Below the pieces are notes generated by a model that was not told the origin of the DNA, did not search any database, and saw only the letters and a list, made by a program, of their open reading frames with translations. DNA of 64,000 nt from Candidatus Kaiserbacteria bacterium (GTDB lineage Bacteria; Patescibacteriota; Minisyncoccia; Phycocordibacterales; UBA918), in NCBI GenBank assembly GCA_016699245.1, contig CP064968.1, positions 89,686-153,685 on the forward strand. Reading direction: 5' to 3'. This document shows, in pieces, positions 39,468 through 49,050 of the stretch (positions are counted from its first letter, which is position 1; each line of letters begins with the position of its first letter). The translations under genes and the position numbers were made by a program.

Positions 39468-40340
39468 ATGACACTCACGCATCTTTCTCATTTTTATAAA
39501 ATCAGTGTGGTTATCATATTGTTTTTTTGTGCGCAAATCACCTTTGCAGCGCACGTGACATTTGAAGTGGTTCCGGCACTTGTGCCCGATGATACGGCAA
39601 CAATTATTGAAGTGCGGATGAATCCGGATGGGGTACCCATTAATGCGGTTGAGGGTACGATAGGGCTCTTTGGTGCAGGACTATCAGCCGTCTCCTCAAT
39701 TATTGTTGAAACCGGTGGTTCCGCACTGACACTCTGGCCAAGTATCCCTGAGTACTCACCTTTAGAAAAGGTGATTCGATTCACCGGCGGCACTCCCGAA
39801 ACATTTTCCGGAGACGTATTACTATTTCGCATGAGAATCTTTTCAAAAAAACCAGGAGAAATTACCACGTCGTGGCTCGGAGGCTCAGCATATCAGAGTG
39901 ATGGAATCGGTACTAAAGAAGGTGTTTCCTCACGTTCACTCACCGTATCACTTGCTCAGAATGAACCAAATCAAATAAACGCAGCATCGATCGATTCAAC
40001 ACCGCCTCGCTTTGAAGATATTCTAATCTCACAAGATATAGATGCGTATGATGGAAAGCATTTTTTGAGTTGGAATGCAATTGATGATATCTCTGGAATC
40101 GCGAGGTATGAAGTTGTGGAAGGCACCACGACCACAGAAGTGAATAATGGTGTGTATGTATTACATGATCAAGAACGAAAGACGAAGATAATTGTTATTG
40201 CATATGACCATGCAGGAAATAGTACGTCAATCAAAGTTTCGACACGATACAATACACTCGGTATCATCGTCGTCGGTGTCGTAATTGCGCTCACGCTCCT
40301 TGGGGTTTTCATTGTTCGAAGAAGATACCTCAAGCAATAA
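39468..40340 (+). CDS. membrane-anchored cohesin-like domain protein (putative dockerin receptor)
   Basis: Signal peptide; ~140-aa N-terminal beta-sandwich with cohesin-like segments (VTFEVVPALVPDDTATIIEVRMNPDGVPINAVEGTIGL...LEKVIRFTGG); C-terminal TM LGIIVVGVVIALTLLGVFIV + RRRYLKQ. Confidence 0.4.
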   Translation: MTLTHLSHFYKISVVIILFFCAQITFAAHVTFEVVPALVPDDTATIIEVRMNPDGVPINAVEGTIGLFGAGLSAVSSIIVETGGSALTLWPSIPEYSPLEKVIRFTGGTPETFSGDVLLFRMRIFSKKPGEITTSWLGGSAYQSDGIGTKEGVSSRSLTVSLAQNEPNQINAASIDSTPPRFEDILISQDIDAYDGKHFLSWNAIDDISGIARYEVVEGTTTTEVNNGVYVLHDQERKTKIIVIAYDHAGNSTSIKVSTRYNTLGIIVVGVVIALTLLGVFIVRRRYLKQ

Positions 40341-40416
40341 ACGAAAACACACGATATGCGTCGAAGCCGAAAATATCGAGACTTGGTGTTGGAGGATTAA
40401 TTGGGGATGGTATGAG

Positions 40417-43400
40417 TTATACCACGCGTCTTTTTTCTTCGATTTTCTTTTCGTTTCTGTAGAAGAGAGCAGGCACGAGAACGAGGGTGAGAATCATTGC
40501 AAAGGAAAGTCCAAACATAATGGCGAATGCGAGCGGGCTCCAGAAATCAGAGATGGTTGAAAGTGGAATCATACCAACTACGGTGGTGATGGTGGTAAGG
40601 AATATTGGTCGAAGGCGAGATACGGACGCGTCAGCAACCACCTCAATGAGTGAATCCCCAGGCTTCATTGCATTGTGGTAGTGGATCATTGAGTCGAGCA
40701 GGATAATGGCGTGATTGATGATAACGCCCGCAAGTGCGATGACTCCAAGGAGTGATGTGAAGGACAGTGCTTGGCCAGTGATAGTAAGCCCCACAAAGAC
40801 GCCAATGAGTGAGAGCGGTACAGCAAGCAATAGGTAGATAGAGTAACGGATAGAGTTGAAGGAAAGTACCAAAATTGCAAGCATGAGGACAAGTCCTGCT
40901 ACGAAGGCAAGCCCCATTTCGGTAAATGACTTGTTGATGTCTTCTGTTTCTCCACCGTAGGAGATGCGTACCGAGGAGGGAAGTGTGAGTTCCGCCTCTT
41001 TCGCCTTAAATGTTGCAACAATCTCTGCGGCGGTCACACCATCTTTGGTATACGCGGAGACTGTTTCAATACGCTCTTCGTCTTCATGTGCAATATTTGA
41101 GTTTGCGGGTGCAAGTCGGTCGCGTACTACAGAACCGACGAGCACCGGCTTGCCCGTCACACTTATGACGGTGAGGTTCCTTAGGGTATCGAGGGTGACT
41201 TTTGGTGATGCGGCAAAATCAGTTTCATTCGCATCAGTTTCAATTTTTACTATGACATCGGTATCGTCACCGTCTTCGGTGATAGTCGTCGCAGTGACGC
41301 CGAATACTGCAGAACGAAGCACTTCGCCTATCATTCCTGGTGAGACACCTGCAGCACTTGCTTTGCTTCTATCAACTTCGAGGATGAGCTCGGTAGCGCT
41401 ATTGTTGGTGCTCAGTGTTACATCGCGTGTCCCATTAATGGATTCAAGAAGTCTCCCTGCGTTTTCCACCGCGAGCGCAAGTTCGTTTAAGTCTGACCCA
41501 ATAAATTTAAGCGTCACTGGTGCACCCGTTGGCGGGCCGTTTTGTTGTTCGGCAACCTTTACATCAATATTTGGTATTACGTCGAGTGTGTCACGAAGGT
41601 CTGTCGCAATTTCTTCACTTGACTCAGTACGTTCTGGTTTCAGCGTAAGTGTGATGTTAGCAAATTTTTGCCCACTTTTTCCCTCACCCGTGAAGGAAGA
41701 CCCCGCACCTGCAGTCGAGGTAAATGACTCAATGTATCCTTTGTCATAGAGTAATTCTTCAGCAGTACGAAGTGAAAGGTCGGTCTCCGCGAGTGTGGTT
41801 CCCTGACGCGTCTCTAATTCCACAAAAACAAAGTCCACGTTTTCAGGCGGGAAGAAGATAACCTTAAGGAGTCCGCTTATGGGAAGGATAAAGACGAGAA
41901 GGAAGCCAACACCCAAGGAAATGAAGAAGTATCGTTGTGCGCGTGCATTCTTAAGAAACGTGATGAGATGACTGCGATACCATGCCTGTGCGCGCCTTGT
42001 ATATTCTTCTTGCTTTGCTTCGAAACGGTTGGCATGCGAGTGCTTGGTGAGGTACACCGCAATGAGTGGTACCATGCCGAGCGCGACAATAATGGAGGCA
42101 AGAAGTACAAAGATAATGGTGAAGGGAATTGACTTAATGAATTCACCTACAATTCCCGAGAGAAAAAAGAGTGGTGCAAAAACTGCAATGGTGGTCATGG
42201 TGCCTCCGATAAGTGGCCATGCGTATTCCTTGATTGCAGCTTTTGCCGCTTCATCCGCATTGCCGTACTTTTGCATGCGTGTATGAATCGCTTCGGTAAT
42301 CACAATACCTGAGTCCACCAAGATACCCACTGCAAGGATAAGTGAAAAAAGAGAAATGAAGTTAATAGTGTTACCCGACGCGTAGAGTCCGATAAATGCA
42401 ATGACAAAAGAAAGTGGAATAGAAAGCGCTGCTACAAGGGATTCGCGCCATCCAATCGTGAGGAGGAGGCAGATGATGACGAGCGCGACAGTCTCAAAAC
42501 CCGTAGTAACTAGTTCAGAAAGGTCGGTGCGCACGGTTTCTCCCTGGTCATAGACTACAAGAACTTGTGAAGAGGCGAGGAGACCACCTTCTTTTTGCAT
42601 GGATTCCATTCTTTCAAGTGCAGCAGCCGACATTTCGGTTACGTCCACACCCGCACGCTTAAAGATTGAGAGTGTGAATGCAGACTCTGCCGGAGCACCC
42701 GCTACGGAAACGCGAGAAATACTCGTCTCACGCTCAACTCCGTTTTTCACTGTTGCAACGTCACGTACGTACACTGGTACGCCGCTACCCATACTCACGG
42801 GAATGTTTTCAATTTCACTCACTTCTTTGAGTTTGCCTTCGTAGCGTACTGCATACTCAATGTCATCAGTCACCACGGTACCTATGGGTAACGTGAGGTT
42901 GGCGAGTCCGAGTGAACGTGAGACATCACTGAGGGTGAGTCCGTATGCATTCAGTGCCGATTCACGTACTGATACTTGTACTTGATGTGCACGAACACCT
43001 TCAATGGTGACTTCTGAAACACCACGGACATTTTTAAATTCATCAGCCACGGTCTCAGCGAGTGCAGTAAATTCAAGCGCCGGCAAATCAGATGATACGG
43101 AGAGTTGAAGTATCGGTTGGTTGGCAAAATCTACTTTGTTTACCTGTGGATCGGTGGCATCAGTAGGAAGGTCTTGTTTACCTCTATCTACTGCATCTTT
43201 TAAATCTTGAATAGATTTGTCGATATCTGCACTCGCATCAAAGTTGACTACAATAATAGACGCACCATCGCGCGATGTTGAGGTAAGTGAGTCGAGGTTA
43301 TCGACATTGCTTATCTCTCGCTCGAGTTTGTTGGTGATGAGTTCTTCAATATCAAGTGCAGATGCACCAGGATATATCGTGCTCACAATACCAATCGGTA

Positions 43401-43527
43401 CAATGATTTCTGGCGCTGATTCCTTAGGAATCGCAAAGAGGGAATAGAGTCCAATACCAACGAGCGCTGCAATGAGAAGCAGACTAAATTCGCGTTTTCG
43501 AAGAAAGAAAAACCAAAGTGCATGCAT
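40417..43527 (-). CDS. RND superfamily efflux transporter (AcrB/HAE-like)
   Basis: 1036 aa, 12-TM topology with two large periplasmic loops and AcrB-like N-terminus. Confidence 0.8.
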   Translation of the reverse strand: MHALWFFFLRKREFSLLLIAALVGIGLYSLFAIPKESAPEIIVPIGIVSTIYPGASALDIEELITNKLEREISNVDNLDSLTSTSRDGASIIVVNFDASADIDKSIQDLKDAVDRGKQDLPTDATDPQVNKVDFANQPILQLSVSSDLPALEFTALAETVADEFKNVRGVSEVTIEGVRAHQVQVSVRESALNAYGLTLSDVSRSLGLANLTLPIGTVVTDDIEYAVRYEGKLKEVSEIENIPVSMGSGVPVYVRDVATVKNGVERETSISRVSVAGAPAESAFTLSIFKRAGVDVTEMSAAALERMESMQKEGGLLASSQVLVVYDQGETVRTDLSELVTTGFETVALVIICLLLTIGWRESLVAALSIPLSFVIAFIGLYASGNTINFISLFSLILAVGILVDSGIVITEAIHTRMQKYGNADEAAKAAIKEYAWPLIGGTMTTIAVFAPLFFLSGIVGEFIKSIPFTIIFVLLASIIVALGMVPLIAVYLTKHSHANRFEAKQEEYTRRAQAWYRSHLITFLKNARAQRYFFISLGVGFLLVFILPISGLLKVIFFPPENVDFVFVELETRQGTTLAETDLSLRTAEELLYDKGYIESFTSTAGAGSSFTGEGKSGQKFANITLTLKPERTESSEEIATDLRDTLDVIPNIDVKVAEQQNGPPTGAPVTLKFIGSDLNELALAVENAGRLLESINGTRDVTLSTNNSATELILEVDRSKASAAGVSPGMIGEVLRSAVFGVTATTITEDGDDTDVIVKIETDANETDFAASPKVTLDTLRNLTVISVTGKPVLVGSVVRDRLAPANSNIAHEDEERIETVSAYTKDGVTAAEIVATFKAKEAELTLPSSVRISYGGETEDINKSFTEMGLAFVAGLVLMLAILVLSFNSIRYSIYLLLAVPLSLIGVFVGLTITGQALSFTSLLGVIALAGVIINHAIILLDSMIHYHNAMKPGDSLIEVVADASVSRLRPIFLTTITTVVGMIPLSTISDFWSPLAFAIMFGLSFAMILTLVLVPALFYRNEKKIEEKRRVV

Positions 43528-43531
43528 ATTA

Positions 43532-45004
43532 TTATTTGGTTACTGATACAAGGTCACCTTCTTTGCGTCCACGGGCGTCAGTAATGATGCGACTTTCGCG
43601 AGTAATACCCTCTGTTACCTCGACTGAATCTCCGAGTATTGCACCAAGTATCACAGGATACGCTTCAAGGGTATTCGTGTCACTTACACCAAAGACCACT
43701 GAGCCTGAGGCGAGCATTTTAATTGCCTTTAAGGGTACTACTATTACTGTTGATTCCTTCTTTGTACTTTCAGAAAATACGACTGATACCGTACTACCAT
43801 TCTTGAGTGAAAGAGATTCATCGACACTAATTTTCACCTCACTCTTTCCCGTTGTGGGGTCAATAGCAGGAGCGATTTGACCGTTGTTTGCAACAATTGC
43901 GGTCTGTGCACCAATACTGATGTATTCACCTTGTGTGATGTTAAGCGCGTTCACGATGCCCGATATAGGTGTTCGCACCAATGTTTTCTCGTAGTTTACC
44001 TGTGCACTTCTGAGTCCGCCGAGTGCTTGCTTCACCTGTGCATTTGCGAGTGATGCTGTGGGATTCTCGGTGCCGCCAATTTGCGCACGACGCACATTCT
44101 CGCGAGCATTGGTGAGAGCTGTTTTTGCATTTGCAAGTGCACTGAGGGTACCGTTAAGGGAGGTCCGTGCACTATTGAGTCCGGGCATATATTCGCTGAC
44201 AAGCTTGTCTTTGAGAGAATCATTATTTTCTGCCTTGCCTACAGCATAGACGAGTGCATCTAAAATACTAATAAGATCTTTTGTACGTTCCTCTGCATCA
44301 CGAAGTGCATCATCAAGGTCACTTGACGTCGTGAGTGACGTACTTTCTTTTTGCCAAAGTATAAGCGTCTTTCCGAATGCATAGCGTGACGTATTGAGGT
44401 AGTCGCTTTTACCCTCAGAACTAATACGAACACCAGGAGTGGGTGACTCAGGATTCCCAAAGAATACATCAACCGTGTCGAGCGTGATGTCGTGTACAGA
44501 GATATACGCATTGCGGTAGGTAGTGACGGCACTGTTTTCAGCAGAGAGGAGTGCGCTCTCTGCGTCCCCCACAGAAATTTCACTTACCGCTGCACTCGCG
44601 AGTGCAGATTCATATCCAGCTTCTGCTTGAAGGAGTTGTGCACGCTCACTGCCATTCTCAATCGAGCCGAGAATGCTGCCTGCCGTGACGCGGTCACCAA
44701 TTTTTGTATTGACGGTGGTGATACGCCCACCAGCCTCTGCTTGGAGTCTTGCTTCGGAGATAGCACGCACGGTACCCACTACAGAAAAGGTGCTTTCACT
44801 ACCAAAATTCCCTACGGTCGCAAGAGTGACGGAAGGAAGGGAGGGCTCTGCTACATCAGTAGTTGTGTCATCACCAGTAACGAGGATAACGAGTATCACA
44901 AGCACCAACATGAGTCCTCCAATACGAAAGACCTTAGCACGAGTGCTTTGAGGCATAAAGAAAGCGACTGTTTTCCGAAGAAAACCAGTTATTGATTGAA
45001 TCAT
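43532..45004 (-). CDS. efflux periplasmic adaptor (membrane fusion protein, HlyD/AcrA family)
   Basis: N-terminal TM, long coiled-coil, beta-barrel/lipoyl-like segments; immediately upstream of the RND gene with 5-bp spacing. Confidence 0.6.
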   Translation of the reverse strand: MIQSITGFLRKTVAFFMPQSTRAKVFRIGGLMLVLVILVILVTGDDTTTDVAEPSLPSVTLATVGNFGSESTFSVVGTVRAISEARLQAEAGGRITTVNTKIGDRVTAGSILGSIENGSERAQLLQAEAGYESALASAAVSEISVGDAESALLSAENSAVTTYRNAYISVHDITLDTVDVFFGNPESPTPGVRISSEGKSDYLNTSRYAFGKTLILWQKESTSLTTSSDLDDALRDAEERTKDLISILDALVYAVGKAENNDSLKDKLVSEYMPGLNSARTSLNGTLSALANAKTALTNARENVRRAQIGGTENPTASLANAQVKQALGGLRSAQVNYEKTLVRTPISGIVNALNITQGEYISIGAQTAIVANNGQIAPAIDPTTGKSEVKISVDESLSLKNGSTVSVVFSESTKKESTVIVVPLKAIKMLASGSVVFGVSDTNTLEAYPVILGAILGDSVEVTEGITRESRIITDARGRKEGDLVSVTK

Positions 45005-45225
45005 ACGGTAAAAAATATAAAGAAACTAAGACCAAAACTCTACATGATTATTTCAAGAAAGTCAATGCTTGCGCTGTGGTTCTGTGATGGAATAGAAATA
45101 AATAATGGGCCTGTATTCTCCCAATTTAATACAAAAAAGAGCCACCGTGCTAAGATGCAGTGGAAAAGGCACAAAAATATTTGAGTTTATAAAGAAGTAT
45201 TCCCCTACAATAATCAATCTATCTT

Positions 45226-45756
45226 ATGAAAAACGTGTATCACATCGTCACACATCCAAATCTCGATAAGTCTCGCGTGAATAAAGAAGTATTAAAGGCA
45301 TTTGAGGGAAAAGAAGGTGTGGAAACTCGAAAGCTCTATGAAACGTACCCTGATTGGGAGATTGATGTTGCGAGAGAAAAAGAAAGTCTTTTGAAAGCAG
45401 ATATTATCGTAGTGCAGACTCCATTTTATTGGTATTCAACTCCAGGTCTTTTTAAGGAGTGGGAAGACCGTGCTCTCGAATACGGATTTGCCTATGGTGA
45501 AGGGGGCGATAAATTAAAAGACAAAAAGTTGCAGATTGTACTTTCAGCATTTGGTCCCGAGGAAGCGTATCAGCATGGAGGATACAACAGATTTACTATT
45601 GAGGAACTACTCCGCCCTCTTGAACAGACTGCTTTCTTGTGCAAAATGAGTTTTCTGAAACCTCTCGCACTCCTTGGAGTTGCACACAAGACTGATGTGG
45701 AATTGGTCGCCTTCAAGGACCTTGTTGAAAAAACAATCGAGAATCTCCGAATATAA
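45226..45756 (+). CDS. flavodoxin-like NAD(P)H dehydrogenase (quinone), Flavodoxin_2/KefG/MdaB family
   Basis: 176 aa; HPNLDKSRVNKEVL...ADIIVVQTPFYWYSTPGLFKEWEDR matches the family. Confidence 0.6.
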   Translation: MKNVYHIVTHPNLDKSRVNKEVLKAFEGKEGVETRKLYETYPDWEIDVAREKESLLKADIIVVQTPFYWYSTPGLFKEWEDRALEYGFAYGEGGDKLKDKKLQIVLSAFGPEEAYQHGGYNRFTIEELLRPLEQTAFLCKMSFLKPLALLGVAHKTDVELVAFKDLVEKTIENLRI

Positions 45757-45810
45757 ATTCACGGACAAAAGAAAAGCCACCCGAGGGAAAGCTTTTCCCT
45801 GGGGTGGCTA

Positions 45811-46323
45811 CTATGCAAGACTGATGATGACGCGTCGATCTACTTTCTGCTCAATCGGTACTTGAAGCAGGTCGTCGGTGGTAACTTTAGTCCAGCCCCG
45901 TTCTGGATCAGCTGTCTCATAGTCAGTGATTGCGAAAACGAATGAATGATTTCCCACCGTTACCGTCACGCGGTCATTCACTTCGCCTGTATCTGCGCCC
46001 GGCTTGAAAGCATTGTACAGCTTAGTCGCCAGTGTGAACATGTCAATACTTTCATCTTTGATGACTTCAGCCGCTTGCGCTGTCACACCTACATACCCGC
46101 CATCGAAAGCACAGTGACAAAAGTCTTCCGGGCCAGGTTCGCGCTTGTCGATCCTGATGTCTTGCATGAGGAAGTATGCGTCATTGAACGTCATTTGAAA
46201 ACATTCAGAAAACAAGCAAGCTGGAACTTTTACTACAAGGAACAAATGATTTTCTCGTGCTATCTCCTCTTTTTTCACTTTGTATCTCCTTTGATAAAAT
46301 GTGCCGGAACTGCAACTATGCAA
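45811..46323 (-). CDS. hypothetical protein
   Basis: 170-aa ORF; an internal Met at 46194 would give a 128-aa product. Confidence 0.25.
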   Translation of the reverse strand: MHSCSSGTFYQRRYKVKKEEIARENHLFLVVKVPACLFSECFQMTFNDAYFLMQDIRIDKREPGPEDFCHCAFDGGYVGVTAQAAEVIKDESIDMFTLATKLYNAFKPGADTGEVNDRVTVTVGNHSFVFAITDYETADPERGWTKVTTDDLLQVPIEQKVDRRVIISLA

Positions 46324-46368
46324 TAACTCTCAGTAAATTGCAAATTTATAACTGATACATGAAACATT

Positions 46369-46437
46369 AATTTAAACAGGAAAGACCTGTTTAGTTAGGA
46401 AGGACCTTAGTTTAAACAGGAAGGACCTGTTTAGTTA
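46369..46437. repeat. two tandem copies of a 28-bp palindromic motif gtttaaacaggaaRgacctgtttagttag
   Basis: Inverted core AAACAGG-N6-CCTGTTT; a third copy lies at 47146-47175 on the other side of hicAB. Confidence 0.7.
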
Positions 46438-46455
46438 GATGCCTGTCGACAAAAA

Positions 46456-46504
46456 TTAAAACCCCAACAACCCGGAATGTGAATTCTGTTTGTTGGGGTT
46501 TTGT
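46456..46504. terminator. bidirectional rho-independent terminator
   Basis: aaccccaacaa...ttgttggggtt 11-bp stem flanked by an A-run and a T-run; downstream of hicA. Confidence 0.55.
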
Positions 46505-46540
46505 AGAGAGGTAATGGGGTCAGCTACCATTTCTCCATAT

Positions 46541-46765
46541 CTACTTAAAAGATTCTCTTGCAATTCCACTCATGCGAATAATGGAAAGTAATGTTCCCTT
46601 CGGTAAGTCCTTTGAATGATATGGCAGAGTCACACGCTTTTTTGAAATTGAGTGATACATAATGTGATGACTTCCTGTTGTATGATCTATCTCAAAACCA
46701 TTCTCTTGCAGAATTGTGAGAACGTTTTTAGACGTCAATGCAGGCAACTTAGGCATGTCACACAT
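46541..46765 (-). CDS. hicA: HicA toxin (mRNA interferase, YcfA-like)
   Basis: 74 aa; LTSKNVLTILQENGFEIDHTTGSHHIMYH resembles HicA; 8-bp overlap with upstream hicB. Confidence 0.7.
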   Translation of the reverse strand: MCDMPKLPALTSKNVLTILQENGFEIDHTTGSHHIMYHSISKKRVTLPYHSKDLPKGTLLSIIRMSGIARESFK

Positions 46766-47018
46766 TCATTACCCTCGGGAGAGAAATGAGGCTTACGTAG
46801 TTTTCTTTATCTGAAGGTATTGGTTCGTTGTGTTTTGCAAGCGAGGCAACATATCCTTCTATGGCATCGAGTATCATTTTTTTTGCCTCAGCAATGTCTT
46901 TACCATAACTAACACAACCCGGTAGCGACGGGACTTGAGCCGTAAACCCCCCTTCCGGTTCGTGGGTAAATATGACGTTATATTGTAGGGTTTCTTCTTT
47001 CATATATATAGGATACAT
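46758..47018 (-). CDS. hicB: HicB antitoxin (UPF0150/RNase-H-like fold)
   Basis: 86 aa; YNVIFTHEPEGGFTAQVPSLPGCVSYGKDIAEAKKMILDAIEGYV matches HicB. Confidence 0.65.
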   Translation of the reverse strand: MYPIYMKEETLQYNVIFTHEPEGGFTAQVPSLPGCVSYGKDIAEAKKMILDAIEGYVASLAKHNEPIPSDKENYVSLISLPRVMNV

Positions 47019-47145
47019 GAAAACAATAATTTCATCAACAAAAATTATTGTTTCGGTGAGTACTTTTTGCCAATCAGTACAATCTATCCATCACTTCGTA
47101 TCAAAATGACACGATGCTAACTGCTAAATGATACGATACAACTTT

Positions 47146-47175
47146 TTTGTTTAAACAGGAAGGATCTGTTTAGAT
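47146..47175. repeat. third copy of the AAACAGG/CCTGTTT palindromic motif upstream of hicB
   Basis: tgtttaaacaggaaggatctgtttagatgtttag. Confidence 0.6.
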
Positions 47176-47182
47176 GTTTAGA

Positions 47183-48024
47183 TTACGAAACGAAAAATTC
47201 TATGTATCGCTTTTTCCAGGATGATTTGAATTGAGCAACAGGAATAGAACCATTGCCTCTTGGCTCCGCGGGGTCATTATAGAAAAGCGTATCATCCTTG
47301 ATACCATTTACAATTACTAAATGCGGAATGGGGTTGGTGGGAGTGAAGGTGTAATGCACCGATGCCATCACTGGTCCTACGATGAGTGCTTTTTCAAATG
47401 CAGCAAATGCGACATCCATGCTCGAACCTCCAAAATCGTGCGTGGTGCCGTCGAGACCATATTTGTGTGAGACTTCTATAAGTCCTGCGTAGGTCCATCC
47501 TGCACTCGAGTATGCATCTATAGCAATACCTTCCTTGAGAAGTGTGTCGACTGAGGTGAATGAATCGGGATTATAAAACTTAATGAGCATTGCAAGACTT
47601 GCAATACCACAACCTATTTTCTTCCACGCAGGCGCTGTGATGTCGGTGAGTTGAGAATAGAAGGGAACGGAGAAGACATCTGTCTTTTGTGTAACATCAG
47701 CCTTCGGTTGTTGCACTTTTCTTTCACTTCTATAACCACTTCTGGGGTGGGCTCTGGCTCAGGAAGTATTTCTGGTAGCGACTGTTCTTCAGTCATTACT
47801 TCTTCTTCTGTATCTATTTCTGCAATAGTCTGAGACGAGGAAGTAGCAACCTCGGTAATAGGTGCACTAATGGTGGTAGCAGGGATAGGAGCGCTGTACG
47901 TAATGGTAGTGCTTGGTATAAGCCCAAGTGCGATAAAAATCGCACTTGCGCACACAACACCAACAATGAACTTTGTATTCAGCAAAACGTTATCAGTGTA
48001 CCGTGTGAGTACCCTTGCCAACAA
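47183..48024 (-). CDS. membrane-anchored C39-like (papain-fold) cysteine peptidase, apparently frameshifted
   Basis: ORF 47614..48024 gives a TM segment plus Thr/Pro/Glu-rich linker; ORF 47183..47716 gives GCGIASLAMLIKFY (C39_2-type catalytic Cys) and a later His; the two frames overlap by ~100 nt. Confidence 0.5.
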
Positions 48025-48039
48025 TACACATTACGTGGT

Positions 48040-48957
48040 CTAGTCCCGCACGGTTACTTTCATGCCCAACTCAGCCCATGCGTAAAGTTTTCCTGCATCA
48101 CTCGGAAGTAGATTTACACAACCATGCGAGTAGGGTATACCAAAACTATCATGCCAGTATGCACCGTGTATCACTGCGCCTTCATTAGTAAAGTAGAGAT
48201 TCCAAGGTACTCCGGGCAAATCATACACATCGGTATACCCAGGAAGTGGACCTTGCATATATCGTGTCGGGGTCATTTTAAATACGGTAAATGTACCGCG
48301 CGGAGTAGGGGATAGTTCAAGTCCCGTAGAAATACTTATTTCCATAAAAGGTGTCTCGCCCTCGTACGCATAGAGCTTTTGCTCACTCCTGTCGACAATG
48401 ACACGCTTTGTGGTGGTAGCACTCTCGTTTTCCCAGATTGTTTTATTACCTTCATCAGTAAAAATATCAACAAAGTCTCCCGCCACATACCATTTGCTTG
48501 CAACACGCTCAGGATAGGCGAGTGATTCATCAAAGACAATCTGATACCACGTATGACCGTCAGCCTCAACAGTAGTCGTGCTCACCATAAGGAGAATATT
48601 ATTGCGCAGTTTCGTGACTACGGGGAAGGAGACACCGGGGCCCCCGCGCACACGCACACACTCGCCCAAAAAATGAACATCACAACTATCTTTGATAGTG
48701 ATAAATGTAAAAAGTTTCTTGGGAGGTGGAACCTCTGTTCCTTCGTCTATTTTCGCTTTTGGAGTCGATGGAGTAATCACTGCCTCAATGCTTCCGGGAA
48801 CAGTACCTTGATTACTATTTCGAGAACCTTGATAAAAAATCCATAGTGCATATAAACATGCAAGAATACATAAGAAAGAGAACATACGTAAAAGTATGCG
48901 TTTTACCTGCTTTTCAGTGCTTCGGTCCATATACTCAAGTATATGCTTATTTTGCAC
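48040..48957 (-). CDS. L,D-transpeptidase (YkuD/ErfK family) with N-terminal TM
   Basis: Catalytic HGAYWHDSFGIPYSHGCVNL motif. Confidence 0.75.
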   Translation of the reverse strand: MQNKHILEYMDRSTEKQVKRILLRMFSFLCILACLYALWIFYQGSRNSNQGTVPGSIEAVITPSTPKAKIDEGTEVPPPKKLFTFITIKDSCDVHFLGECVRVRGGPGVSFPVVTKLRNNILLMVSTTTVEADGHTWYQIVFDESLAYPERVASKWYVAGDFVDIFTDEGNKTIWENESATTTKRVIVDRSEQKLYAYEGETPFMEISISTGLELSPTPRGTFTVFKMTPTRYMQGPLPGYTDVYDLPGVPWNLYFTNEGAVIHGAYWHDSFGIPYSHGCVNLLPSDAGKLYAWAELGMKVTVRD

Positions 48958-49050
48958 ACTGTGTAACAGGTGTACGTGCGGAGATGATTACATAGTATAC
49001 AAAAAACAACTATCGAATATGCTTCGATAGTTGTTTTTGATGTATGCGTA

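Noticed and set aside
40964-41749. 261-aa Ser/Val-rich plus-strand ORF
   Set aside because: It is entirely antisense to the RND transporter gene, whose coding frame is strongly supported.
46369-47175. CRISPR array
   Set aside because: Only three copies of the motif; copies are palindromic with irregular spacing; one lies ~700 bp away across hicAB; no cas genes present.
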